Below are positions 25,205 through 38,750 of a DNA stretch of 64,000 nucleotides, one piece after another. Made by a program: the position numbers and the translations under genes. Each line of letters starts with the position of its first letter. Positions within the stretch are counted from its first letter, which is position 1. The stretch lies in the NCBI GenBank assembly GCA_025786725.1, contig JAHLTZ010000032.1:62001-126000 (forward strand). The letters run 5' to 3'. The notes under the pieces are model-generated. The model did no database searches, was not told the DNA's origin, and worked only from the letters and a program-made list of their open reading frames with translations. Source of the stretch: Syncephalis fuscata S228 (taxonomy: Eukaryota; Fungi; Zoopagomycota).

Positions 25205-26052
25205 TTGTTGCTGCAGCCATCGTTGTTGTTACGTATTATCATATTGGCCATGCTTATTCTCGCCTTTTCTTATCATTGCCATGGTATCCATGATGTTTAT
25301 TTGCTAGACATGCAAATTCAGCTATCTTTCATCGCCCAATAACTTTATGTTCCGATATTTACCGGCTGCTTTTTAGAACATTGGTAAAAGCTTACTTTTT
25401 AACTTGTCGAATTTTGAATATTTTACCTGACAATATTCCCAGCACACATCCAATTACATGGTGCTATTTCACAACCAATATACGCATGTAAATAATGATG
25501 ATAATGATGTAAATTGCTATTGTACATCGATAGCATATCAACACTATTATTATTATTATGACTAAATGAATAACTGGTATGTAAAATCAACATATTTATT
25601 AACCAAATAAACATAACTTACATTCAACTACTAGTTTATCTGCTTTAAAATTTTATTGTTTAAGCTGTATTGTCATACATAAGCATAAAGACTTTGACAA
25701 CAGCTATTAATGTGTTAAGCGACGCTAATGTGCTTGCATTATGTATCGGCTGCTTTTGCTATAATTATAATGCTTAATCACGATAAAAAGTGCCTTATTA
25801 AATTTTATAGTTGAAAACATGACTAATATACAAATATTAATACTTTAGCTATAATCCATGTTGTTGTTACAACTGTCATTGTTGTTACATATTATCATAT
25901 TGGTCATGCCTATTCTCGTTTTTTTATTATTGCCATGGTATCCATGATGTTTATTTGCTAGACACACAAATCTAGCTATCTTTCATCATCCAATAATTTT
26001 ATGTTCCGGTATTCACCGACCGCTGTTTAAAATACGACAAAAGTTTTACTTT
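25205..26052. repeat. imperfect ~195-bp direct repeat (25205-25400 and 25861-26052)
   Basis: Shared core attgccatggtatccatgatgtttatttgctagaca...agctatctttcatc. Confidence 0.85.
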
Positions 26053-26631
26053 ATTCCGACGTAAAATATGGGCAATATTGTGGCGAAAACGCGTAAGTAT
26101 CACCGAGACGGAATAATCGTCATTGAATAATAAGACAGTTTCTATAGCTCTACCTACAGGGGCAGAGCCCCGACATAGAGACTTGTACTTGCACCATTTT
26201 ATACAGTGTTTTGCTTTACAAAGAAAGCCAAGCATGCCGATCATTGATTGGCCCTACCAGCATTTTCGAACGAATAAGCGTGCAATCCCTGTCTTCTGTC
26301 GATAGGCATAGAAGCGCGTGTCCCTACATACACACATAGGGGCATATCGGCACTGATTGGTTTGGTGTGGCGGCGTGTGGACCAACCGGAAGTCGCGGCG
26401 TGAAAACGTCTGTGAAGAAGAAAAATACCGGCGCCATTTTGCGCTTTATCTAGCTGGCACTTGCCTCCCCCGACCGCCCACCGGCTTTTTCTTTTCTCGT
26501 TCGTTATTGTCGCGACGACCTTTTTTTTATATACTTGCATCTTGCGCCTAGTGGAGTCGGTTACTGCTATCCGCTCTCTATTACTACTTGATATTCCCCC
26601 TCGCACACTCACCTAGTCTTCATTGAGCAAC

Positions 26632-27698
26632 ATGGCCGAAGGCAAGAAGAAGTCCGGAGTTACCTCCTTCGCCACCGATCTTTTGGCCGGTGGTGTTTCT
26701 GCCGCTGTCTCCAAGACTGCCGTCGCTCCAATTGAGCGCGTGAAGCTTTTGCTTCAAGTCCAGGCTTCGTCTACCCAGATTGCTGCTGACCAGCAGTACA
26801 AGGGTATTGTCGATGCCTTCGTCCGTATCCCCAAGGAGCAGGGTATGGCCTCTTTCTGGTATGTACACTAAGCTTGTATGCACGTATGCACAATTGGTGC
26901 AGTATATTTGTTTTGTGCTCGATCTTTGTAATGGCTGTGCAAGATCTAGTCGAAATACAATAAATAAGCGTAAATAATGCACATACACCTACTAACATTT
27001 GCTTTGTTGCATTTAGGCGTGGTAACTTGTCCAACGTAATCCGTTACTTCCCAACTCAAGCCTTGAACTTTGCCTTCAAGGACAAGTACAAGCAGATCTT
27101 CCAACACTGGGATGCCAAGACCGACTTCTGGAAGTTCTTCGCTGGTAACTTGGCTTCTGGCGGTGCTGCCGGTGCCACTTCCCTTCTCTTTGTCTACCCA
27201 CTCGACTTTGCCCGTACTCGTATGGCTGTCGATGTCGGTAAGGGCAAGGAGCGTCAATTCACTGGTCTCGGCCAATGCATTGGCTCCATCTACAAGAAGG
27301 ACGGCTTCCGCGGTATCTACCAAGGTTTCAACGTCTCTGTTGCCGGTATCATTGTCTACCGTGCTGCTTACTTTGGTGGTTTCGATACTGCTAAGTCTAT
27401 TCTCATCAAGGACCCCAAGAAGGCTACTTTCTGGCAGAACTGGGCTATTGCTCAAGTTGTTACCACTGGTGCCGGTATTATCTCTTATCCATTTGACACT
27501 GTCCGTCGTCGCATGATGATGCAAGCTGGCCGTGGCGAAATCCTTTACACCTCCTCCATTGACTGCTGGCGCAAGTTGGCTGCCACCGAAGGCTACCGCG
27601 CCTTCTTCCGTGGTGCCTTCTCCAACATTCTCCGTGGTACCGGTGGTGCCTTGGTGTTGGCCTTCTACGATGAAATCCAAAAGTTCCTTGCTAACTAA
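26632..27698 (+). CDS. AAC: mitochondrial ADP/ATP carrier
   Basis: [34 protein letters not shown] hallmark; one intron at ~26859-27016. Confidence 0.97.
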
Positions 27699-28467
27699 AG
27701 GATGTCACGTTGTCCACAGCATATTTCCCCTCCTTCATTACTACTACTACTGCCCTTCACTTGTGTTGCTATGTCGACTATTTAAGCCAGTTGTACAATG
27801 TCTGGCCTTTATAGATGCACTAGCCATTATAGTCTATAAGCTCCTTTGTTACTGACTGACTAGTATCCGCGATAACGACTGGGTCGTTGTTGTGAGCATA
27901 TCTATAATAGCGCGTAGACATTACTGACTTAAAAACATAAAATTTATAAACCATCGAGTTGAAATCTAATTATTAGTGTGTATTTTGTGTAAAATTTGTC
28001 TTTGCACGTATGTTCCACGTCAATGAGTCTGTTTGTGTGTATAAACGAATTTATTTATTATTAACAATACTATTATTACCACACACTATAGTCAGATTGA
28101 CTCACGCTCACTCTTACTCTATCTCCTGAATACACACTGTTACCTTTAGAGGTGCGCGTCTTAGTATTACTCAGCGGCACATATACTGACTAGTCAAATA
28201 TTCTCTAGGCTCTTGTTATTGTTCTTTCGCTTCTTTCTTCTCTTCAAATTCTATTTCAATTGTTGAAATCTTAAGCTTTCTTTTTACCTTTTCTTTCTAT
28301 CTTATTTGTGTGAGTGTGTTGAATTCTTTCACAACTTTGCACGCTACCAATTTGAGATTTCCTCTATTCGTCATTATCAGTGTGCACATAACGTGTGGAT
28401 AATCTAAGCAGGAGTATTATACTTTTTCTTAAATTCATTATACAATAGTCGTACTTGTCGCTTGATC

Positions 28468-31367
28468 ATGTCCACTGTCAATTCTCAAACTGCTACTACT
28501 ACTACTACTACTACTGCCTCTTCTTCATCCGGCCATCGGGAGAATCGTCGCGATAATGGACGCCGTAACAAAGCAAATACAAATGTAATGTCATCGACTG
28601 CAAAAACGGTGAAACAGCAAGACCATGCAAAAAACAAAGACAGCAACAGTAAGCATGGCAGTGATAGTAACTCCAATCGCCCAAATACCAGTCGTCGTAA
28701 CCAGCGGGCCACAGGTGAACGTCAAACCAGTCATAAAACCAGCCGTAAACCAAAAGATTTGCTCGATGACACTTCTTCTACTTCAAATTCGTCTCAAAAG
28801 GCTACATCATCGGTAGCCGACGAAAATGATACAGATATGAATATGGACGGTCATTGCTTTATTTGCACTGAACCAATTAAGATATCGGCAGTTGGAGAAT
28901 GTGAACATCGAATCTGCCATGTTTGTTCGCTACGTCTACGCGCTCTTTATAAAAATAAGCATTGTGCCTATTGTAAGGCAAGTATTAATGATGAATATAT
29001 AGCTGACAAATAGTCATTAATAACACAACGATATAGACCGAATTAAAATGGGTGGTATTTACCGAGGATGCCATACGTGAATATAGCTCCTTTGAAGAGA
29101 ATGAGCCGGCCTGTATCGATTCGGTGTTAGGTATTAGGTATCAGTATCAGGAAACATTTGCCGAATCAACCGCACTGCTTAAGATGAATTGTCCCAAAGA
29201 GGATTGCAACGCGACCGCCGGTCATTGGGGCAAGTTAAAGGCACATATGCGCGATGAACATCGGTTATCATTCTGGTATGTAAATATTGCTAATATTATT
29301 GGATTAAATACCAATTGCTATTTTGTGTCACTTTTAGTGATTTATGTATCAAGTATAAAAAAGCATTTCCGCATGAGCATTTGTTATTTACTCGTAACCA
29401 ACTACGAGATCACTATCGAGGTGTATCGCGCGATCCATCCAGCGGATTCCGTGGACATCCCGAGTGCAGTTTCTGCAATCAAAACTTTTACGATGATGAC
29501 CAACTTTACGAGCATTGTCGAGATCGACACGAACAATGTCATTTGTGTGTAAGATCTGGCGTGGGACGACATCAATACTATAGAAATTACAAAGAGTTAG
29601 TAAGTAATTAATCAAAATGATTATTTAACAATGTTTAGCTAAATTTAATTAATTAATCAACTAACCGTTGCTTAGGAAAAACATTTTAACCAAGATCATT
29701 TTCCTTGTTTGTATCAAGATTGTTTAGATAGTAAATTTGTTGTATTTGCCACAGATATTGATTTAAAGGCACATGAAGTAAGTTTATATTGTTTATATTG
29801 TTTTAATTAACATTGATCCTTTTATTATTAGCATGAAGTACATGGCGTAGCTTCTACTGGCCAACGATCCATACAGCGCAATGCAAGACGAATTGATATT
29901 GATATTGTTTATACGAATGGACCATCACAACGACAACGAGGGCAACGTGATCAATCAAGAACAGATCGCGCTGTAAGTAACAATGTTTACTATATAATTT
30001 ATATTAATTAGTTAACTGGCTTTACTTTCTTATAGCCCACTGGACCTTCACCTTCATCTTCAATAAGCGCAATAAGAGATCATTTACGTGATGATGGTCA
30101 ATCCTTCATTTCTACAACACCAAACAGTCAATCGCGAATACGTATTTCAGACGAATCAAGCTCAAGTTCGCTTGGTAGTAATCATCATTATAATAATAGT
30201 AATAATAGTAATAACAATAACAATAATAACAACAACAACAATGATGATGATGATGATAATGATACACGTCGTATTCGAGTACCTGTCGGTTTTGGTCAAT
30301 TGAGTGAAGAACCACGTACTATTATTACCAGTGCAGAGGCAAGTTCAAGTAATGGCACCTCATCATCAACTGGTGATCCTCAATGGCCCACATTGGGCAA
30401 CCGGCCACCCACCATGCAGCCACCAAAAATGGATCCAGCAGTTAAAAAGTAAGCTAACCAATCGATCGATGGCGTACTTAACACATTGTTTAACGTGCAT
30501 ATTTAGGTGGGTCGAGCCATTATTGGAGCGTTTTTGTCCTAAACTGCACAACAGCCAAGTAAAACTTACTCAGCTGCAAATACTGTTAACCGACTATTTT
30601 AAAGACAAATTAAGCACCCCTGACTTCCTTAGCAGCATTGCCAAGTTAACGCCTGACGAGTCAAAAAGCCTTACAGGCAAGATTGTTACAGCAGTTATTG
30701 ACCAATTAGAGAATGAAAAAAAACGACTTGAACTACTAAGCACTTGGAAGGATCAGCTTGCCGTGGTAGGTACAATGTGCATGCATATGTCTAGAACAAG
30801 TAGTAGGGTCAACTTGAACTATTAGCTAATATCATATTATTCGAATAGGATAAACAGTATCCAGATTTACAGCCTTCAGACTTTTACACATCTAGCACAC
30901 TTGGACGGTCCAGCACCCCCACCTCTACACAACCTAATAGCTGGAATACAAACGTTAACACCGTCAAGTCCACGTTACACGTCGATCAAGACTGGGATAC
31001 ACCTAGTTGGGGCAAGACAGCACCGGTTGCACGATATGCGTCTGCTAGCAATGCCTCTGCTGGTCCTTCCACGCGACGACCCGAAACCAATCGTACCAAG
31101 GCTAGTGGCTCGCGTACCGTTTCTGATGTTGTTCGCAACGGATTTACACCCGTCGTTGACAATCGTGGCAGTTCTAGCGACTTTCCTGCACTGCCTACGG
31201 TTCCTCGCACACCACGGCCTGTTGTGGGCAAGCCAGTCGCATCCGAATGGCTAGGTGGACGGCCAAACAGCAATGCAGCAAATACTGCGCAAGGCACATC
31301 ACCCAATCAAGCCAAGGCTAAGAAAGGAAAAGGCAAAGGCAAGACATTGCTTTTCCATTGTGGCTAA
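28468..31367 (+). CDS. HEL2: ribosome quality-control E3 ligase (RING + C2H2), HEL2/ZNF598
   Basis: CFICTEPI...CEHRICHVCSLRLRALYKNKHCAYCK, GFRGHPECSFC, HCRDRHEQCHLC, C-terminal KKGKGK.LLFH; multi-exon. Confidence 0.92.
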
Positions 31368-31499
31368 TAAAAAATCAGTTGTGCGTCATTTTGTTACACA
31401 TTATAATTTACTTGTGCCTTTTGTCTAAATAGTACCAGCGTTTAACTGCATGTTTAAGCACAGCAGCAATGGGTCACGTGTGTGCTTTGAATGTTTGTA

Positions 31500-31547
31500 C
31501 ATGCGTGTGTACGTGTATGTGTATGTGTGCGGGTGTGTGTGTGTGTA
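31500..31547. repeat. imperfect (GT)n microsatellite
   Basis: gtgtgtacgtgtatgtgtatgtgtgcgggtgtgtgtgtgtgt. Confidence 0.7.
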
Positions 31548-32094
31548 TCCCATACGCACATAATGTCTTGTTTTCAACGGATTTGTATATAGGTCGATGT
31601 ACGAAGGCTAGATATAGAAAACGTTAATCACCAACCAACACAATTTCTGTATTGGCGCTCCCACATGCGTACACTTTATTGCGAAAATGAACCAGTCAAC
31701 TGCACCATTACCATGTGATGATGACAATGATGCGTGAAACTACAGGCTGGGCTGTACAGCGAGTGCAGTTGTGGTGCTTAAGACACCCATCAATTCTGGT
31801 TTTACTTGGGCGATAGCCGAGGATACTTGCACACCACATGGATAAGATAGTCGATGTTGTATACGGCAACATTCGTATAGAACACTCGATTACAGCACAA
31901 ACTTAGATCGTAATCCAGTATGTGACCTCTTCTCGCCTCTCTCGTGCGTTCACATCCTCGTCCTTCTCCGCTTTCTTTATTCCACCTTCTTTTACAACTT
32001 GTTATTTATTCCTACCATTGTGATTATTATCCGTATCATTATTAGAATTATTAAATCGTTAGTAGTAGTAGTAGCTCTATTATTGTTTACAGAA

Positions 32095-33536
32095 ATGATG
32101 GAACAACTTAGTGAGCAAGAAACACTGACAGTCAGCCAATGTGGTCTAGTATGTGGCATCCTTGGTGCTCTTGGGTCAACAGGCATTATTTCGGTATGTA
32201 GTACACTTAAAACCAACTGAATAAACATTGATAGACCAACTATTTACTAATTAATTAACACATTTGTATCTGTATATTACAATCTATTATTTCACAGACT
32301 TATCATATGTCTTCTCGCTTTAGAACGCCCATTGCGCGCATTCTTTATTTTAATGCCTATGGTGACTTCATTGGCTGTATTGGCCACTCGCTTGGTTTGT
32401 ACGTACACTGCGTATTTCATCAAATATTGGTTTGATTGATAATTATTTTCCACACAAATTTACTACAAATATATCTTTACCCCTCATGCATATGCATGTA
32501 CAAATTTACTAACTATGGATGTTTCATAGAATGGCCCTTTATTATCCACCTGGCGATTTTTGGTGCCAGTTTCAGGCCCTGCTTGTACAAACCGGTTATC
32601 TTTGGAGCCTGCTCGGCATCGGTCTTATCGGTGTCAATCTAATGCTCATTGTTGTAAAACGTATCTCATTGAGGCGCATTCGCAGACTGAATTATATATT
32701 CTTTGCCATTGTAGCCGCTCTGGCTATCATCAATGGCGTTGTTCCATATCTTGTGTATACGACGGAACAAGGCGGTTTTATCTACGTGCCTATGGCCGGA
32801 TGGTAAGTTGTATTACTTAACGTCTGGTATAGCTCAGTCTCTAATAATGACCATAGGTGTTGGCTATCAGGCAATTATATATATTTACAAATTATACAGC
32901 TTCATTTTCCAATCTGCTTCGTGTTTTTGTCCAACTCAATGATTTTTTTTTGGGTTGGTAAAGTATACCACAAAGTATACATGCGAATGAAAAATAACCC
33001 GCGTGAAGTGGCAACAAGAGGATCCGTTCGCCGTTACTTAAAACGTTACACGCTATTAGCCATATTATTCACGATAATCTATATTTTTTGCTGGTAAGCT
33101 GCTTTTTATCGCCATTTACGTATAAAACTAATGAATTATGCAAATTTACATTATAAAACGTAGGATTTCAATTTTTATTAATCGTATGCTGGTGTTTTCA
33201 GGCACCACTGTTTATTTTATCGTTATTTTACGCGATGTATGCACACCCCTGCGCGGTGTATTCAATCTTGTTCTTTTTTATCTCATGGCCACATTTACCG
33301 CTGGTGAAAGCCCTGTCCCTCCAGGCCAACCATTGGATGTCTATAAGCTGCATGTTATCTCCGGAGAGGAGCCTCCATCGCCCAACAAGCCATTCCATGA
33401 ATTCACAAAATCCTACGATGCACCTTATGCACTCTATCCATACATGGAAGGAGCCGCTATGCCACGTCCCGATTCTCAAAATGTTGCTTTATTGAACCGA
33501 GACTCGGAAACCATAACGCCTCCATATACACCATAG
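32095..33536 (+). CDS. cAMP-receptor-like (CRL) GPCR, copy 1
   Basis: 7 TM across exons; CQFQALLVQ, GW/CWL, YIFCW, PLRGVFN motifs typical of the CAR/CRL class. Confidence 0.8.
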
Positions 33537-34500
33537 GCGAAGCATTGTTGCGCTTTGGTGTTGTAATCATTTCCTTTAAATGAATACCGTTTTTCTTATG
33601 CTCATCTGTATTACCTAAGTTTTAATAATTATAAAATACTTGCTTGCCTTAATATGACATAAACACAATGATCTTATAAAGTAAGCAATATATAAGATTT
33701 TCTTTTAGTTATTAATTACTACAGTTTGACTTTTAATAAGCTTAACAGCACTTGCAATTGAAATAAAGAAACAAATATAAAACCAAATTTATATAGCTAC
33801 CTAAGTGTAAGGAATGATATAGTAACAATGGGTTATTTAATTGTCCTATTTATTGTGCTATTGTTATTCCGTTAATTTGTATGTCATTTTATTCTATTAT
33901 TATTATTATTTATTTTATAAAAATCTACTAGCCATTTAATGTGATTTAGTGATCAAATGGCTATATTTAATAACATCCAGTCTATTGAACATGATGATGG
34001 GTGGTGAATGGCATCAATTATCAAATACTCATCAATGTAGATTTGTTATCCAGTATGCATATATCCACCATTTACTTATATCATTTTACAATATACTAGA
34101 CACGTTCTATTGTTTATATGTTCCATTACACTTTACTCATTCCATTCATTGCATTATATACACTGTAGCTTCAAAATCATTTTATATGCTTTCTTACGGT
34201 ACATTTATCCTTTTATGTATCATTCTATACTCGCATAGCCATGCTCTATCCAAAACTACTTTTATTTTTATTCTAGCTTTATTATTGATAAATGTTGACT
34301 AGTTACGCTCATCTGCCCATGCATATATACCCAATAACTTTAACATAGCTAATTGTTGTTGAATATTGTATGTCCACTATATTGTATATTGCTTTATTGT
34401 CTAGTAAATATGCATTAGCTATTGTAGTTATTCTTTTTGCTCTAGCACTATTATTAATAAAGTTTTACTAATTCTGTTTATCTGCTCATTAAACATGTGT

Positions 34501-35063
34501 AATTGAAGTTTACTTTGCATTTCCAGGGCAGTAAATCTTTTTACGCAATCAATTGTAATGATTTGATTTGATTAAATTGTGTTTAACCCATCATTTACAA
34601 TAAATATTAACGTAATGTAATAATATTATCATTTCCATAAAATAAAAGCCATTGGTCGCGATTCCATGACATTCCGCATTCGTTGTTATTGCATCTATGT
34701 ACAGTTTGAATTATTGCATCTGAATGGTCTATTCTATTTTCTAATATTCTACTGTTGCATTTTGGGCATATTTGCGATGTAAAATCAATATTAATATAAT
34801 TAGTATAAATATTGTTTATTAAACAGCCACTTCCCTATAGCCAATCTGACTAAATAAATGACAACATATATATATTAAACCAATAATAAAAATAACTAAT
34901 TAGTTACATTATTGTACTGATAATTACACATAAATTAATTAACGTTGGATGTAATATTATACATATTATAGTGATGAATGGATGTTTAATTGTATTGAAA
35001 AGTGTTAAGAAAATAAAGTAAAATGAGTAAATAAAAATGTGGGAGTCAAAGTACAATGGCTCC
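34501..35063 (-). mobile_element. non-autonomous Fanzor-derived element (copy 3, type-B 3' end)
   Basis: Terminus gtcaaagtacaatggctcc at 35045-35063; remnant LTSQICPK.NSR...HRCNNNECGMSWNRD at 34782-34648; body homologous to 48125-48835; TSD not resolved. Confidence 0.85.
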
Positions 35064-36217
35064 TACAAATTTAAATTAAAAGCTAAAAGAAATTGGCGTA
35101 TTTTGCTTGTCATTTGGTATAATATGTCGCGCCAGATGTAATAAATGTAGAAGAGAGTGCTGTAACAAGTACCTTAATGATGTATAGTAGCTACACATCA
35201 CTGCTGATAAAAACTGGTGTGCATGAATTTGCGAGTGATACGTAGGATGTTAATAGTAATGTGTACCACTTACGCACGCGCTATTGTTGCATAGGATAAT
35301 GCATGAAATGGTAAGAATAGCCAGAATCACAACACTTACTACTATGCTATCAAATCCAACACATTTTGTTACTCTATGCTATTGATTGGCTGTTAAATAA
35401 AATATAGATTATTTTTCTTGCTGTTTATCTAGTAGTTATTGTTATGCAATACTGTTTACTAATATCGCGCTTAAATCTGCATTAAGAATATGTAAATAAA
35501 CCGGATTACAAAAAACTGCATATTTATTTAATGATAATGGATTCAGTTTACTTTCACGGAAGCTCCAATCATGACAACAAACATTGGCAAAGTTCGATAT
35601 ATGGGCTCCGATACTGTAGTATCGGCTTGACTAATGGCGAGCGTAAAAGTTGAAAGAAAACAATTATCAAATCTATTTCAATACGCTGTATACTTGATAA
35701 ATATAAGATTTTAGCGCAGGATCCACCATTAACGGCAAATGATGCAATCTTACAGCAACATAAGTCTTGAAAAAACTGCGCTAGTTGACCGAAAGGAGCG
35801 AATATGTGGTAAAAACTTGTATTACTATGCTCTGTAAATAATAGCCATAGCGAACCAAAAAGGTATGAAGTTCTAGAAAGTAGTCAGATCCGGTTTACAC
35901 ACAATCAAGCACATATGTATGCATAACCACGCATGATATTTCGCTGTAAAGAACAATGGTACGGGTAACCTGCAAGTCCACCATGCGAAGCCCGTAGAAT
36001 ACTGTCATTGGTTGTGTAACTTTAAACCACGGATACTACACGCGCAGGCCACACTGATCATAGTAAAGCCATAACCAGTTTATTAGCAGGATATATAGTC
36101 TAGATTTTCGGATCTTGAGGACTTCCCCAAAAAACCGCTACATTATTTTTGTATTAATTACCGTCAACCCTATTAAATAATTATCATATATGTTCATTTA
36201 TATAAAGACTTACAGCA

Positions 36218-37498
36218 ATGGCCGGCCTTACTGAAGATGAATCGGCCGTGCTCAACTGGTGTGCGCTAATAACATCTTCATTGGGCACTCTAGGCGCTTT
36301 AGCTATTATAGTGGTAAGCTAGCTGGCTTGTTGTCTAGAAATACGATGGTACCACGCTATAGCAGATAAACTAACTCAATGGCAACAATTTAGAGCTATC
36401 ACATATCTGCTCGATTCCGTACGCCCATCGCTCGTATCATGTATTTTAATGCATACGGTGAATTCATGGGCTGCATTGGACAAGCCATTGGTTTGTACGT
36501 GGATGAAACAAACAAGCACAACTACTCTACCGGCCATGCTAACTAAACTATTTGCTTTCCATATAGCTTTGCTATTACTTTTCCGGCAGAACATCCCCTT
36601 TGCCAGTATCAGTCTGCAATTCTACAAACTGGATTGTTATGGGGCGTAATAGGCGATTCGTTAATCGGCATTAGTCTTTTGCTTATTGTTATAAAACACG
36701 TATCGTTAAAACGCATTCGCAAGCTAAATAATATTTTGTTTACTATCATTGCAGTCATTTCAGTTCTTAATGGATTTGTTCCTCTATTGGTTTATAGTAC
36801 GAATTCAGGTGGCCTATTGTATGGGCCTATGGTGGGATGGTAGGCAATAAGAGAATTAATGGATTCAACTTGCTAATAGCCGTTAACTTAGGTGTTGGCT
36901 AACAAGCAATTATACCAGCTTGCAGTTTATACAGCTTCACCTACCCATTTGCGCAGTATTCATAAGCAACACGGTTATTTTTATCTGGGTTGGTATTGTA
37001 TATTATAGGGTATATAAACGAATGCAAAACAGCTCATGCGATAATACATGTAAAGAATCGCTAAGCGATATTTAAAACGATTCTCAATGCTTGCCATTTT
37101 ATTTACTATAATCTATATTCTTTGCTGGTTAGTTGATACACCTCCGCATATTAAGATGTGCTTAATAGTTGCTTCTATTTAGGCTTTCAGTATTCATTAA
37201 TAGACTACTTGCCTTTGCAGGCATAACCATATACTTTATGTTCATATTGCGCAACGTTTGCACACCCTTACGTGGCCTTTTCAATTTGGTTTTATTTTCA
37301 GTAATGGCTATATCGACTAACATTACTAGCCCGAGTCCTATCAGCAAAGAGTCAAATATGTATAAATTACATTTGATTTCAGACGACGAACCTCCATCAC
37401 CCTGCCGACCAATCTATGAAATTGGAAAGACTTATCAGGTTTCTGATAACCTCTATCCTTATATTACACGCGAACACATTGTCAGCTCAAATTGTTGA
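36218..37498 (+). CDS. cAMP-receptor-like GPCR, copy 2
   Basis: Same exon structure as 32095 gene; CQYQSAILQ, GPMVGW/CW, PLRGLFN; possible frameshift near 37060. Confidence 0.78.
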
Positions 37499-38750
37499 AG
37501 GTCTATTATTGCCGAAATGCTGAGACTATTTTGACAACATATCGGAATAATAACATATAGTTTTGATACGTTTTTTGCTGATACAAGCCAAATGTTAGAA
37601 ACTAGAAATCATTATTGGTATAGCAACTATTGTTTTGTTGCATAGACTCTGCCTGTTGTTTCCTGCGCTGTATTAGGCAACAGCATAATAAATTGTTTTC
37701 CATAACTGTAATATTTACAAAGTATACCATTTTAATGTTTAACGATATACAACATGTATATTTGTATAATAATTACGATGAAATACATGATACGTCTTTT
37801 AGCTTTACGTTTGCTGTGTTTAGGATATACAAGATTGATAACACTACTTCTAAATTAAAGATATTATTTATAGGCACATCTACTTTTTTTTTAATAAGAT
37901 GTTACATTTTGTTACTCTATTATTAACTTTACTGCAGCTTACTATTTTGTGCTAGTGTCCAGTCTTTTAAATAAAATATAAATTATTTTTTTTGCTGTTT
38001 ATCCGGTAGTTATTGCTTTGCAATGCTGCCTATTAATAGCATGCTCGAATATGCACCAATCATGCGTAAATAAACCGGATCACAAAAAACTGGTTATTTA
38101 TTTAATGATAGCAGATTTGGTCTACTTTTACAGAAGTTGTAAATGTAACGTTGAAAATTGGCGAAAACTAGATATATTGCCACTGCTGTTATAATATAGG
38201 TTGGCTTGGTTGGTAATGAAGCTAAGATTCTAAAATACAACTATTATATCTACTTTGGTATTTTGTATACGTGATAAATATCAAATCTTTGGCGTGATTA
38301 TAAAGCACGATGAGTTTTCAGAAAAACTTTGCTAATTAACCGAAAAGGCAGAATATATTTTAAAAACTTGTATGTGTTGTGTTCTGTAGGCAGCAATTAT
38401 AGGAAGCCACAGTTGGTATAAATTTCTAAGAGTTATTCAAATTCAGTCTACATGCAAATAAGCATATATACGCACATGGCCACACAGCACATTGCACCAT
38501 CAAGAACAATGGTGCGGGTAATTTGCAAGTTCACCACATGAAGACCATACATCGCTGCCATCGGTCATGCAACTGCAGGTCACACTGATCATAGTAAGGC
38601 TTGATCCAACCCATGAGCTGAATAGATAATCCATGTTTCTGTATTTCAATAACTCTTTCCAAAAAAGCACGCAAATCCATTAGTTTTTGTATAAATTATT
38701 GTCAATATCATTAAATATTTATATGTTTGTTAATATAAACAGCCGCATCA

